32,000 nt of DNA from Candidatus Saccharimonadota bacterium (GCA_049942765.1 CP188086.1:240001-272000), one strand, 5' to 3'; positions 1 to 11,176 are shown, counted from the first letter of the stretch. The notes: generated by a model not told the origin, from the letters alone. A program made the numbers and translations.

Positions 1-177
1 AATAAAACAATATTGTTGTTACAACATAAAATTAAATTTTGTAAAAATAAATTATTAAATAAAAATTTTTTAAATCATGCTCCTGAAAAAATTATTCAAT
101 CTGAAAGAGAAAAATTATTTTTATTAGAAAAACAGGTATTTGAATATACTAATCGTCGTATACATTATATTAAATAA
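1..177 (+). CDS. valS: Valyl-tRNA synthetase, 3' end only (gene continues upstream of the window)
   Basis: Frame 1 is open from base 1 to a TAA at 175-177. The translation ..KNKLLNKKFLNHAPEKIIQSEREKLFLLEKQVFEY.. matches the C-terminal coiled-coil tail of E. coli ValS (..[21 protein letters not shown]..). Confidence 0.6.
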   Translation, partial: NKTILLLQHKIKFCKNKLLNKNFLNHAPEKIIQSEREKLFLLEKQVFEYTNRRIHYIK

Positions 178-434
178 TATTGTTTTGATATTTTTAAAAA
201 ATAATTGATTTTAATAGTAGTTATTTAACTATAATATTACATATTTTTGTATGTGTCTTTTTAATATAACAATTAGTTAGATGTGTGTAATATATATATT
301 ATTTTTATGATTTTTATATTTATGAAGAGTGATATTATATTTTTATAAAAGTAATTTATTAATTATTTAGTTTAAGTGTTATATCAGATAATATTTTTGT
401 TCGTTTATTTTTTAACTACTTAGGATATTTCGTT

Positions 435-1376
435 ATGGTATTATTGCATAATATTATTTCTAATAAATTACTAAAAAGTAAAATACTATATGGTAATAGA
501 GTTACTATTTCTTTTTATAAATATATTTATATTAATGATCCAGTATTATTTCGTAATAATATTTATATTTTGTTTAGTTCTTTAGACATTTTAGGAAGAG
601 TATATATTTCGCATGAAGGTATAAATGCACAAATTAGTCTTACAAAAAATGTTGCTTTACATTTTAAACAAACATTGTTTAATTTTTCTAATTTATTACA
701 AGATATTCATCTTAATTTTTCAATAATAGATTCTAATTATTCATTTTGGGTGTTAAAGGTTAAAGTAAAAAAAAAATTACTTGCTGATGGTATTGATGAT
801 ATACATTTTAATCATAAAATGTCTGGTCAATATTTAAATGCCATAGAAGTAAATCAGATGTTTTCTGATAAATGTGGATCTATTTTTGTAGATATGAGAA
901 ATAATTATGAGTATGCTATTGGGCATTTTATAAATGCCATTAACATTGATCAAGATACATTTCGAGATCAATTAAAAATAGTAGTAAATGTATTACAGCC
1001 ATATCGTAAGAAAAATATTGTAATGTATTGTACCGGTGGTATCAGATGCGAGATAGCAACATCATGGTTAAAATATCATGGTTTTAATTATATATATCAT
1101 GTTAAAAATGGTATAATAGGTTATGTGCATGAAGCACGGAAAAAAAAATTACCAATTCATTTTATAGGTAAAAATTTTGTATTTGATGCTAGGTTGTCTG
1201 AACAGGTGTCGGAGGATGTATTAACTGTATGTACTCAATGTAATTGTTCTTGTGATCAATATGTCAATTGTAAATTTTCATCTTGTCATTTATTGTTTAT
1301 ACAATGTAGGAATTGTATTATTAAATTTAACGGTTGTTGTTCATTTAAATGTCAACAATTATTTTTGAATCAATAA
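435..1376 (+). CDS. trhO: Rhodanese-domain tRNA uridine(34) hydroxylase TrhO (YceA/UPF0176 family)
   Basis: 313-aa ORF colinear with E. coli YceA from the N-terminus (MVLLHNIISN.. vs MPVLHNRISN..). It has GRVYISHEGINAQIS, the catalytic-Cys loop MYCTGGIRCE, IGKNFVFD and the Cys-rich C-terminus (CHLLFIQC..GCCS). Confidence 0.9.
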   Translation: MVLLHNIISNKLLKSKILYGNRVTISFYKYIYINDPVLFRNNIYILFSSLDILGRVYISHEGINAQISLTKNVALHFKQTLFNFSNLLQDIHLNFSIIDSNYSFWVLKVKVKKKLLADGIDDIHFNHKMSGQYLNAIEVNQMFSDKCGSIFVDMRNNYEYAIGHFINAINIDQDTFRDQLKIVVNVLQPYRKKNIVMYCTGGIRCEIATSWLKYHGFNYIYHVKNGIIGYVHEARKKKLPIHFIGKNFVFDARLSEQVSEDVLTVCTQCNCSCDQYVNCKFSSCHLLFIQCRNCIIKFNGCCSFKCQQLFLNQ

Positions 1377-1956
1377 TATAAATGTATTATACTATACAGT
1401 ATTTTGTGATTTCTTTAATAAGTTTTCTAAAATATAGAATTATGTTGTTCATTGTAGTTATGAGAAATTAAATATTTGTATAACCAGTAATTTTATATAT
1501 ATTTTGGTTTTGATTATTTTGTCTGCATGATGAATATTAATATATATGATAAAAATATCAGATATGTTAATTAAATAAATATTGAATTAATACATTTAGT
1601 TAATAATAATGTTTGGAATTATTTTATTGATATATATATTTATATAGTATTTTTTTTTAGAAAATGTATTTATTATACAATAATATTTACTATATAATAA
1701 ATGTTCCATTTTATTTAAAATAAATATGAATATTTATTCTATATTTTAATTTAATAAATAAAAATATTATATTTAATGTTTATAAATTCACATAAAACAT
1801 AAATATAATTTCATATATAAAATATTTGTTTTCTATAAACATAGTGTATAACAATTAATATTGTATATTAGTTATTTAACCTTTATTTTATTTTTTTAAA
1901 ATGTTTTATTAATCTAGAATAGATTTCGTTATGTATTTATTTTTTGTAATATGTAA

Positions 1957-3849
1957 TTATTTTTTGTTATTAAGAATTTCTAATTCTTGCCATCTATTGA
2001 AAGCCTGATCTAACTCTCGTTCTTTGAGATGTAGTTCCTGCATTTGTAATGTAATTTCTTGTGAATTTTGTGTGTAAAAAAATTTGTTTTTCATTTTGTT
2101 TTGTAATAAAAAAATATTTTTTTCTATATTTTCAATTTTCTTTGGTAAATTATATAGTTCTTGTTTTAAATGATAACTAAGTTTTTTATATTTGTTATGT
2201 GCGTGTATAATTTGATTTGAAACATTATTATTGGTACATTCATTTTTTTGTTTTTGTAATTTTATTTTTTTTTGTTGTATAGTGGAGTATAAGTAATTTT
2301 TTATATCTGTTTTAATTATTTTGGAATCATTAAAACACCAACATCTATTAGCTGTATTTTTTATAAATTGTCTATCATGACTTATTAATAAGATTGTTCC
2401 AGTATAATTTATAATAGCATTCTCTAATATATGTAAGGTATCTATATCAAGATTATTGGTAGGTTCATCTAGAATTAATACATTACTAGGTATTAAAAAT
2501 ATTTTAGCTAATAATACTTTTGTTTGCTCTCCACCAGATAAATATTTTATAGGTTTTTTAATATCATTATTTGAAAAAAGAAAATCATTTAAATATTTTA
2601 ATATGTGCTTTTTTTTTCCATTAATGGTTACTTCTTGTTTTATATGAGACAAATTTTCTATTATGTTTTTATCATAATTTAAATATGAACCATGTTGATC
2701 AAAATAAACAAAGTTTATATTTTTATTCAAAGTAATATAACCTGTTTTTGGTGTAATGTGGCCTAAAATTAACTTTAGCATTGTGGTTTTACCAGAACCA
2801 TTTTTTCCAATTAGCGCTATTTTATCTTTTTGGGTAATAGTATCTGAAAATTTTGTGATGATATTATAATTATTGATATAATATGAAATATTTTTTATTT
2901 TACAGATTATTTTTTGATGATTTTGTTTATAATTGATAGTTATGTTCATAACAGGATCTGTTTGTTTTTCATTATGAAACATTTTTTTTATATATTGTAA
3001 TTTTTTAATTTTACCTTCGTTTCTTGTACATCTTGCTTTCGTACTAGTGTTTAACCATATTTCCTCTTTTTCAATTAATTTTTTTAATTTTTTATTATGT
3101 AAAATTGAGATATCATTATTTATTTTTTTCTGTTGCAAAAAATTAGTATAATCACCAGGATATGTTGTTAATATTCCATGGTATAAATTAACAATTTTAG
3201 TACATATATTTTGAATAAAATATCTGTCATGAGATATAAACAATATACCACCTAAAAAATTTTTACAAAATTGTTCTAGTAACACAATAGATGGTAAATC
3301 TAAATGGTTAGTAGGTTCATCTAATAATAATAAGTCAGCATTACTGGTAAGAACTTGAGCTAACATAGTTTTTTGTAAATCACCACCAGATAAATTATTT
3401 AATTGATCATGATCTTTCAAATTAAAGTAGGAAATAATTTTTTTTATTTCATGAGGTGATTTGTTAATAGAATCAATTTTCTCAGTGTTTAATGATTTTT
3501 TTATTGATTGTTTTTTATTTTTTATATAATTATTATTAGTATTTGTAATATTTAGTGATGTATCATTTAATATATTATTAGGATGGGAAATAAATTCATA
3601 TACTGATGTATTAAGATTGATGTTTTTTTTTTGTGGTAAATAAGCTATTTTTAATTGGTTTTTATAAATAATAGTACCTTTATCTAATTCTTGTTTTTTA
3701 AAAATTACATTTAATAGAGTAGATTTTCCTATTCCGTTTTTACCTAATAAACAAATTCTTTCATTTTTTTTGATTTTTAATTCAGAATTTTTAAATATTG
3801 TAGATGTAGAAAAAGATAAATAAGCATTTTTTATATGGATTATTGACAT
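1957..3849 (-). CDS. uup: ABC-F family ATPase Uup (two ABC cassettes plus C-terminal coiled coil)
   Basis: 630-aa ORF with two Walker A motifs (GKNGIGKST, GKNGSGKTT), two LSGG signatures and two LLLDEPTN/LILDEPTN Walker B motifs. It is colinear with E. coli Uup, including the C-terminal ..LDQAFNRWQELE.. (E. coli ..LEQAFERWEYLE..). Confidence 0.88.
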   Translation of the reverse strand: MSIIHIKNAYLSFSTSTIFKNSELKIKKNERICLLGKNGIGKSTLLNVIFKKQELDKGTIIYKNQLKIAYLPQKKNINLNTSVYEFISHPNNILNDTSLNITNTNNNYIKNKKQSIKKSLNTEKIDSINKSPHEIKKIISYFNLKDHDQLNNLSGGDLQKTMLAQVLTSNADLLLLDEPTNHLDLPSIVLLEQFCKNFLGGILFISHDRYFIQNICTKIVNLYHGILTTYPGDYTNFLQQKKINNDISILHNKKLKKLIEKEEIWLNTSTKARCTRNEGKIKKLQYIKKMFHNEKQTDPVMNITINYKQNHQKIICKIKNISYYINNYNIITKFSDTITQKDKIALIGKNGSGKTTMLKLILGHITPKTGYITLNKNINFVYFDQHGSYLNYDKNIIENLSHIKQEVTINGKKKHILKYLNDFLFSNNDIKKPIKYLSGGEQTKVLLAKIFLIPSNVLILDEPTNNLDIDTLHILENAIINYTGTILLISHDRQFIKNTANRCWCFNDSKIIKTDIKNYLYSTIQQKKIKLQKQKNECTNNNVSNQIIHAHNKYKKLSYHLKQELYNLPKKIENIEKNIFLLQNKMKNKFFYTQNSQEITLQMQELHLKERELDQAFNRWQELEILNNKK

Positions 3850-4516
3850 GATTTATATTTCTCAAGTATTTATTAATAAATATAATGTTAATTATGTAGG
3901 ATTTTTTTTGTGTTTTATATGTTTACATATACGGTTTTGTTTTATTATGTTTTTAACATATAAATTAAAAATATTTATTTATTTAATAACATTAATTTAT
4001 ATAAAATTATATAATATTATATGTTTTAATTAAGTATTATGTTATTTATTATTAATAATATCATTATGTAATTAATTTATTAAATAATTTATATAATAAA
4101 AATTATTATTATTATTTGATATATTTTTTAGGAACTTCATAGATAATATATTTTTTACATTAACAATACATATGTATATTAATTATATAGCACTATATTA
4201 GTTATTTAATTATTGTTATTGTAAATTTTTTATTCGAGTTTATTTCTTATAAATGAAAATTAATTTTAATATATAAAAATTTATAGAATATAGTAGTATT
4301 TTCTAATGGATATTATGTTTTTAATTTTTAATTAACAATTAATTGATATTTGTAATTATTTTATATAAAAATAAAATATATATATTTATATATATTAATA
4401 AGTATGTGATTTAAAATTTAATGTTAAATTATTTTTATTTTGACACATATTATGTATATTTGATTAATTTTAAATATAGTTTTTTCAATTCAAATTTTGA
4501 AATTATTAATTATTTT

Positions 4517-5704
4517 ATGAAAAAAACCACATTTCCGATTTTAAGATCTATATTAGATACAGATGCTTATAAAATACATATGCAACAAGTAATTTTTTTT
4601 AAATATAATACAGTTCATGTTGTATCTAAATTTATTTGTAGAGATAATAATAGGTTAGGTCGATACAAAAATATATTAATTGAACAAATTCAAATGATGT
4701 CTAACATATCTCTCACGCATGAAGAATATGTATACTTATTATCTTTTCCTTATTTTAAATTAGAATATTTAAATTGGTTAAAAGATTTCCGTTTTAATGT
4801 GTCACAAGTAAAAATAAACAATTATCGTAATGAGTTACATATTATTGTAACAGGATTATGGAAAGAAGTAATATTATGGGAAGTTCCTATATTATCTTTA
4901 GTAAGTGAAATTGTAAATCGAGATCGTTATCCTCATGTCGATGAAATAGTAGCTACAAATTATTTGAATAGAAAGTTATTAGATTTCTATCAACAATATC
5001 AAAATATTGATCTATTAAAATTAAAGATTATAGATTTTGGAACTAGACGTCGTTTTTCATATAATGTTCATATGTCTGTTATTTATCAATTAAAAAAAAA
5101 ATTAACTTGTTTTTCAGGTACTAGTAATTATCATTTTGCACGTATGTTTGATTTAACTCCTGTAGGTACTCAATCTCATGAATGGTTTCAAGCTCATCAA
5201 CAAATAAGCCCTATTTTATCAGATAGTCAGAAATTAGCTTTGTATGTTTGGGTTAATTTTTATCATGATTACTTAAATATTGCATTAACTGATTGTATTA
5301 CTATGGATGTTTTTTTGCAAGATTTTCAATATCAATTAGCTAGAAAATATAAGGGTATTAGACATGATTCTGGAGATCCTGTCATATGGGGTGAAAAGGC
5401 TATTCATCATTATCGTAAGTTAGGAATTGATCCTTTAAAGAAAATATTGTTGTTTTCTGATAATTTGAATTTTAAAAAAATAATTTATTTATATAAACGA
5501 TTTTTAAATAGGTCTCAATTAGTATTTGGTTTAGGTACTAATTTAACATGTGATATTCCTAATGTAAAGGCTTTAAACATTGTTTTAAAATTAGTATTAT
5601 GTAATGATAAACCTGTTGCTAAAATTTCTGATTGTCTTGGTAAAACATTTTGTTTAGATGAATCTTATATAACATCTTTAAAACAAGCATATAATTTATG
5701 TTAA
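4517..5704 (+). CDS. pncB: Nicotinate phosphoribosyltransferase
   Basis: Colinear with E. coli PncB. MKKTTFPILRSILDTDAYKIHMQQ aligns residue for residue with [24 protein letters not shown], so I place the start at the internal ATG 4517 rather than the ORF-track ATG 4421. The 32 upstream codons are low-complexity with no homology. Confidence 0.9.
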   Translation: MKKTTFPILRSILDTDAYKIHMQQVIFFKYNTVHVVSKFICRDNNRLGRYKNILIEQIQMMSNISLTHEEYVYLLSFPYFKLEYLNWLKDFRFNVSQVKINNYRNELHIIVTGLWKEVILWEVPILSLVSEIVNRDRYPHVDEIVATNYLNRKLLDFYQQYQNIDLLKLKIIDFGTRRRFSYNVHMSVIYQLKKKLTCFSGTSNYHFARMFDLTPVGTQSHEWFQAHQQISPILSDSQKLALYVWVNFYHDYLNIALTDCITMDVFLQDFQYQLARKYKGIRHDSGDPVIWGEKAIHHYRKLGIDPLKKILLFSDNLNFKKIIYLYKRFLNRSQLVFGLGTNLTCDIPNVKALNIVLKLVLCNDKPVAKISDCLGKTFCLDESYITSLKQAYNLC

Positions 5705-5914
5705 ATCTATATTTACATTTATTGTTTTTTTTTACAAGAATATATAATATTAATTATTAATTTAAATGATTTTAACCTAATATTATGTAGAAACATTAAT
5801 TTCTAGTTATTTTATAATAAATACGATGATTATTGTTTGTTAAATATCTTAATATAAATTTAAGTAAATTATAAATTTATATATATTATTTATTGTTGAT
5901 TATAGGATGATTAT

Positions 5915-7315
5915 ATGCATATGGTGTCTGTAATAGATTTATATGAAGAGAAGATTAATGTAAATACAATTATAAATATTCGAGGTTGGGTCCGTAGTAG
6001 ACGTGATTCTAAATTAGGGTTTTCTTTTTTGAACGTTTATGATGGTTCTATTATATTTTCTATTCAATGTATAGTATATAGTAATGTTGATAATTATTCT
6101 TCTGAGGTGTTAAAACTCACTATGGGGTGTTCAGTTAGTATAGTGGGAAAATTAGTAAATTCTAAGAATATACAGCAAAAATATGAGATTTTAGTACAAA
6201 AAATTCAGGTAATTGGTTGGGTGGATAAACCGAATACTTATCCAATATCTAGAAAGAAACATAGTATGGAGTTCTTAAGATCTGTATTACATTTAAGACC
6301 TAGAACTAATATAATTGGTGTGATTTCTAGAATAAGACATATGTTATTAATTACATTACATGATTTTTTACATCAGAAACAACATTATTGGATACCGACA
6401 CCAATTATTACAGGTATTGATACTGAAGGTTCTAGTGCTATGTTTCGTGTGTCGACGTTGGATTTTTATAATCTACCTAAAAATACATATGGATGTATTG
6501 ATTTTAAAGAAGATTTTTTTGGAAAAGAGTCATTTTTAACCGTTTCAGGTCAACTCACATTAGAAGCTTATGCTAGCGCTTTGTCTAAAGTTTATACGTT
6601 TGGACCTACTTTTCGTGCAGAAAATTCTAATACAAGTCGTCATCTAGCAGAATTTTGGATGTTAGAAATAGAACAATCTTTTTCTAATTTAAATCATATT
6701 ATTAGTTTTGCTGAGTCTATGTTAAAATATGTAATAAATGTTATTTTACATAAGTGTTCATATGAAATTGATTTTTTAAAAAAAAATATTAACTCTAATA
6801 TTGAAGATAAACTTAAGTGTTTAACTATGACTGATTTTGTTAGAATTAATTATATAGATGTGATTAATATTTTAATGCAATCTAATCAGATTTTTAAAGA
6901 TCCAGTTAAGTTCGGATCAGATTTATCGACTGAACATGAAAAATATATAGTTTCATATTATGGTAACGTTCCTGTAATTATTAAAAATTATCCAAAAGAA
7001 TTAAAAGCTTTTTATATGCTTTTAAATGATGATCAGAAAACTGTGTCTGCATTTGATATTTTGTTACCTGGAATTGGGGAGATAATTGGTGGTTCAGAAA
7101 GAGAATTCAAAATAGATGTTTTATTACATAGATTAAAAGAATTAAATTTTAATAGTGATAATTATAATTGGTATTTGGATTTAAGACGATATGGTACTGT
7201 CCCTCATTCAGGTTTTGGATTAGGTTTTGAAAGATTGCTTGCTTTTATTACAGATATTTCTAACATAAAAGATTTAATTCCATTTCCGCGTACAGTTAAA
7301 AATTCTCAATGTTAA
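5915..7315 (+). CDS. asnS: Asparaginyl-tRNA synthetase
   Basis: 466 aa, the same length as E. coli AsnS and colinear throughout (RGWVRSRRDSKLGFSF, FRVSTLD, FFGKESFLTVSGQL, GPTFRAENSNTSRHLAEFWMLE, YGTVPHSGFGLGFERL). An AGGA Shine-Dalgarno lies just upstream. Confidence 0.95.
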   Translation: MHMVSVIDLYEEKINVNTIINIRGWVRSRRDSKLGFSFLNVYDGSIIFSIQCIVYSNVDNYSSEVLKLTMGCSVSIVGKLVNSKNIQQKYEILVQKIQVIGWVDKPNTYPISRKKHSMEFLRSVLHLRPRTNIIGVISRIRHMLLITLHDFLHQKQHYWIPTPIITGIDTEGSSAMFRVSTLDFYNLPKNTYGCIDFKEDFFGKESFLTVSGQLTLEAYASALSKVYTFGPTFRAENSNTSRHLAEFWMLEIEQSFSNLNHIISFAESMLKYVINVILHKCSYEIDFLKKNINSNIEDKLKCLTMTDFVRINYIDVINILMQSNQIFKDPVKFGSDLSTEHEKYIVSYYGNVPVIIKNYPKELKAFYMLLNDDQKTVSAFDILLPGIGEIIGGSEREFKIDVLLHRLKELNFNSDNYNWYLDLRRYGTVPHSGFGLGFERLLAFITDISNIKDLIPFPRTVKNSQC

Positions 7316-7540
7316 ATATAATTATTTGATTAAAGTTTAGAAATAAATTTTATTGGGATTGATTTTTATTAATCATTGTATACTATTTTAGTATATGTTA
7401 AAATTAATTCATTTAATTGAAATAGTTAAATTTATTTATTTATTTCTTAATATAGTATTATAAATTTTATTTTAATAAAAATATTTAATTTTAAAATCTT
7501 ATAAAATAAAAACTAATTTAATGTTTAATACATTAATATA

Positions 7541-8671
7541 ATGGTAAAATACAATTTTATGCATAAATATAAATGTTTAATAATATTTATTATTGTCTTA
7601 TTTTTTATGGACATAGGTGTAGTTAATGCTGACATTTTATATAGCCAAAATGGTGATACTTTAAAAATAAATAGTACAGTCAATACTAGTAATAGTATAT
7701 CTAATTTTAATCATTTACATTCCATGGAAATAGATAATAGCAATAATAAAGCATTTCTATCAATATTATCTACTAAGAAAATTAACGATGATTTAACTAG
7801 TTATAATAATGTTGAATATGTTTTTGATTTAGGTAGTTTTAAAGATAATGAATTTAATCGACCTCATGCTAATGTTAATTTAAATGTTTTTGGTTTAAAA
7901 TCGAATAAATTTGGTTCTCTTGACTATGGTTTAAATCGTTGTATTATGGAAGATACAAATTTAATACATGATGAAAAAATTAATACTAATAATGATTTAT
8001 TTCATTTTAATAATAATTTTTTAATAGGTGCTACTGATAATATATTAACATATAGAAATAATAATTTTTTTGGATTGGCTAAGGATCTGAAAGTATCTTT
8101 TCAATATCAAGGTCGAAATATTGATTTAAATTCTATAGAAAATAATGAATATAGTTTAGGTTCTTCAATTAAATACAAAAATAAATTAGGTTTTAGTGCT
8201 GCAGGTGCTGTTTTTTATGGGAAAAGAAGTGTACATCGTATAGAAGATATGCAAGGTAGCATGGCTCATGCTTATGCATTAAGTGCAAAATATATACATG
8301 ATAAAGCTTATTTATCTGTATTTTACGGTAAAACAAGCAATGTAATACCTCAAGTTTCAAATAATTATTTTGATAAAGATAATCGTAGTATAAAATTATT
8401 AGTGGGATATCATTTTATTCCTAAAATGAATTCTTCTATTGCATATTCTGAATCTCAGAGTCATAAATTGGACATTTTGGGTTTTCCTGAGAAAGATAAA
8501 ACTATGTTTTTTAGTAAAAAAATAGATTTTTCTAATTATTACCATATTAATAAAAATATTGGCACTTACCTTAATTATACAATAAATTTATTACAAGATA
8601 ATAATTACTTATCTAATTCCCATATTTCTACACATGATAATATTGATATAGGTTTAATCTATCATTTATAA
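7541..8671 (+). CDS. ompF: OmpF/OmpC-family general porin, highly diverged
   Basis: Signal peptide ending ..GVVNA followed by DILYSQNGDTLK (E. coli OmpF: ..ANA AEIYNKDGNKV). It shows the beta-strand-like alternation typical of porins, a C-terminal strand ..IDIGLIYHL, and a position next to asnS as in E. coli. The start could be ATG 7559 instead of 7541. Confidence 0.75.
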   Translation: MVKYNFMHKYKCLIIFIIVLFFMDIGVVNADILYSQNGDTLKINSTVNTSNSISNFNHLHSMEIDNSNNKAFLSILSTKKINDDLTSYNNVEYVFDLGSFKDNEFNRPHANVNLNVFGLKSNKFGSLDYGLNRCIMEDTNLIHDEKINTNNDLFHFNNNFLIGATDNILTYRNNNFFGLAKDLKVSFQYQGRNIDLNSIENNEYSLGSSIKYKNKLGFSAAGAVFYGKRSVHRIEDMQGSMAHAYALSAKYIHDKAYLSVFYGKTSNVIPQVSNNYFDKDNRSIKLLVGYHFIPKMNSSIAYSESQSHKLDILGFPEKDKTMFFSKKIDFSNYYHINKNIGTYLNYTINLLQDNNYLSNSHISTHDNIDIGLIYHL

Positions 8672-8762
8672 TGTTATTAACAAAATGATATATAAAATTT
8701 AATTAATAATTTTTTCTACAGTGTTATTTGATGTCTATATCAGGTGATTTTTTATTTTATTT

Positions 8763-8851
8763 ATCTTCTGAACTACTTTTCCTAAAAACAATATTTTTTA
8801 TTAAAAATATCTATGATAAATGATTTGTTTTTTAATTATAGTTCAGAAGAT
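8763..8851. repeat. Perfect 13-bp inverted repeat (atcttctgaacta / tagttcagaagat) with a 63-nt spacer
   Basis: Read directly: 8763-8775 is the exact reverse complement of 8839-8851, with four G/C pairs in an otherwise almost G/C-free spacer. It lies between the convergent porin and hinT genes. Confidence 0.6.
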
Positions 8852-9127
8852 TAATAAGTTTATTATGTAATAGATATAAACACTATAATTCATAGTTAAA
8901 AATGTTTTATTTTTGATTAAAAATGTTCATGTTATATTTGAAATATATTTTTATTTTAAAGAAAGTAAAAAAAATTGATGTTAATTTAATATGTAATTTG
9001 AATATAGTGATTAGCTCTAGAGTTATTGAAATTCATATATTTATTATTTGACTAATTTAATCAGTTATAATTTTTGTTTTTAACAATAAATAACGAATAT
9101 TGTTTATATTATGTAATTTTGATTAAT

Positions 9128-9487
9128 TTATATTTTATTAGATATATTAGGACCTAATGGTGCTCCACCAAGTAAATGAAGATGTAGATAAGATATTTCT
9201 TGCCCTGCGTGTTTATTGCAGTTTAATATTATTCGATATCCTGATTGATCAATGTTTTTCATTTTAGCTATTTTAGTAGCAATATAAAACATATGACCTA
9301 CTATTTTTTTATTTGATTGATTAACTTGGTTTGCTGTTGGTATATGTTGTTTAGGAATAATTAATATATGTATTGGAGCTTGAGGTTGTATATCGTTGAT
9401 AACTATGACATATTGATCTTGATATAAGATATTAGATTTAATTTCTCCTGTGATAATTTTATGAAATATTGTCGTTTGATTACTCAT
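9128..9487 (-). CDS. hinT: HIT-family purine nucleoside phosphoramidase (HinT/YcfF)
   Basis: 119 aa, the same length as E. coli HinT and colinear with it: TIFHKIITGEI, QPQAPIHILIIPK, and the histidine triad HLHLHLLGG. Confidence 0.92.
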   Translation of the reverse strand: MSNQTTIFHKIITGEIKSNILYQDQYVIVINDIQPQAPIHILIIPKQHIPTANQVNQSNKKIVGHMFYIATKIAKMKNIDQSGYRIILNCNKHAGQEISYLHLHLLGGAPLGPNISNKI

Positions 9488-9575
9488 GATTTGCCCTTAA
9501 TAAAAAATACTAATTAAAATAATTAATGTAGTATTATGTATTTTTAATAATGATTAAAATAATTTAATTTTAAAT

Positions 9576-9609
9576 ACACAAGGTTAAGTTTATTAACTTT
9601 TCCTTGTGT
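9576..9609 (-). terminator. Candidate stem-loop terminator immediately 3' of ptsG
   Basis: An 8-bp stem (acacaagg 9576-9583 pairs with ccttgtgt 9602-9609) with an 18-nt loop. It starts 15 nt after the ptsG stop on the minus strand and is followed by A/T-rich sequence. The loop is long and there is no clean U-run, so this is weak. Confidence 0.35.
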
Positions 9610-9623
9610 GATAGTTTTTCTTG

Positions 9624-11057
9624 TTAATGTTTAGTATATTTCTCCATAAGAGTTTTAATATTGTCTGATTTAGTTCCAAATACTATTTGAATTCCTCGAC
9701 CAGATATAATGACTCCAGTGGCACCAATTAATTTTAATTTGTCCTGGTTTACTTTAGATATTGTAACAACAGTGATTCTTAATCGAGTAATACAAGCATC
9801 TAGATTATCAATATTTTCTATACCTCCTAAAATAGTTATTAATTGAGATGCTATTTCTTGATTATTATAAGATGGTGCATGAGTTGTTGTTTTTTCTCGA
9901 CCTGGAGTTTGAAAATTAAATTTTTTAATTAAGACATAAAAAATTATGTAGTACAATGTAGCATAACCTAATCCTACAATAGGAAACAACCATATTTTAT
10001 TACTATTACCGCTCAATATTATAAAATCAATCAATCCATGAGAGAAACTTGTTCCAGCTTTCATATCTAATAAAACGCAAATTGTAAAAGCTAACCCAGA
10101 TAGTATAGCGTGTATTATGTATAGTATTGGTGCTATTAAAATAAATGAAAATTCTATAGGTTCTGTAATACCTGTTAGAAAAGCAGTCAACGAAGCAGAC
10201 ATCATTACTCCTCCTACTTGTTTTCGATTTTCTGGTTTTGCAGATTGCCATATAGCTATAGCAGCACCTGGTAATCCATACATTTTAAATAAAAAGCCAC
10301 CAGATAATCGACCTGCAGTTGGATCTCCTGCCATGTATCTTGCTATATCTCCATGGAATACTTGACCAATAGAATTAGTATATTCACCTATTTGCATTTG
10401 AAATGGAACATTCCAAATATGATGTAACCCAAAGGGAACTAATGTTCGTTCTATAAAACCATAGATACCAAATGCTAGGAGTGGATTTTGATATGCTGAC
10501 CATTCTGAAAATTTTTTAATAACAATTCCAATAGGAGGCCATATAAAAGCTAATATTATACCTAATAGTATAGCGGTTAATCCTGATACAATGGGAACAA
10601 AACGTTTTCCAGAAAAAAAACCTAAATATTCTGGTAATTGTATATGTTGACATATATTGAATAAATAAGAAGAAACAATGCCCACAATAATACCACCTAC
10701 TATCCCTGTATCACATAATAAATTTTTTGATTCTATATTTGTAGAATTAATATTTAATATCATAGGATATACAATTAATAAAGTATTAATCATAATTCCG
10801 TAAGATACTACAGCAGCTAATGCTGATACACCATCATTTTTAGTGAATCCTAACGCTACACCAATAGCAAAAATTAAAGGCATATTAGAAAATATAGAAC
10901 TTCCAGCAGCAGCCATAATATTGGATATAACGATTGGTATAAAGCTAAAGTTAGCTGATCCAACACCTAATAGAATTCCAGCAATGGGTAATACAGAGAC
11001 AGGTAACATAAGGGATTTACCTACCTTTTGCAGGTTGGCAAATAAATCGTTAAACAT
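9624..11057 (-). CDS. ptsG: PTS glucose-specific EIICB component
   Basis: 477 aa, the same length as E. coli PtsG and near-identical over long stretches ([60 protein letters not shown], the EIIB phosphorylation site LDACITRLR). An AGGAG Shine-Dalgarno lies 8 nt upstream. Confidence 0.97.
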   Translation of the reverse strand: MFNDLFANLQKVGKSLMLPVSVLPIAGILLGVGSANFSFIPIVISNIMAAAGSSIFSNMPLIFAIGVALGFTKNDGVSALAAVVSYGIMINTLLIVYPMILNINSTNIESKNLLCDTGIVGGIIVGIVSSYLFNICQHIQLPEYLGFFSGKRFVPIVSGLTAILLGIILAFIWPPIGIVIKKFSEWSAYQNPLLAFGIYGFIERTLVPFGLHHIWNVPFQMQIGEYTNSIGQVFHGDIARYMAGDPTAGRLSGGFLFKMYGLPGAAIAIWQSAKPENRKQVGGVMMSASLTAFLTGITEPIEFSFILIAPILYIIHAILSGLAFTICVLLDMKAGTSFSHGLIDFIILSGNSNKIWLFPIVGLGYATLYYIIFYVLIKKFNFQTPGREKTTTHAPSYNNQEIASQLITILGGIENIDNLDACITRLRITVVTISKVNQDKLKLIGATGVIISGRGIQIVFGTKSDNIKTLMEKYTKH

Positions 11058-11176
11058 ATTGTCAAACTCCTGGTTGTTATGATTCTAATAAGGTATTATT
11101 ATATTAATAATGAAATACATTTTATGTATTTTATAGTTCAAAAAAATTATATATTATTTATAGTATAATAAAATTT

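Noticed and set aside
2456-2647. 63-aa ORF antisense to uup
   Set aside because: It is embedded in the conserved second ABC cassette of uup, has no homology, and is an antisense artefact.
3848-4033. 61-aa ORF starting at the uup start codon on the opposite strand
   Set aside because: It is a low-complexity Ile/Phe/Leu/Tyr translation of an AT-rich spacer. It has no Shine-Dalgarno and no homology.
4421-4516. N-terminal 32-codon extension of the pncB ORF
   Set aside because: It has no homology and is low-complexity, and the internal ATG at 4517 aligns exactly with the E. coli PncB Met1.
10027-11082. ORFs 10027..10251 (-), 10117..10365 (+) and 10843..11082 (+) inside ptsG
   Set aside because: They lie within or antisense to a near-perfectly conserved ptsG and have no recognisable homology. 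Their relative G/C richness simply mirrors the ptsG coding strand.
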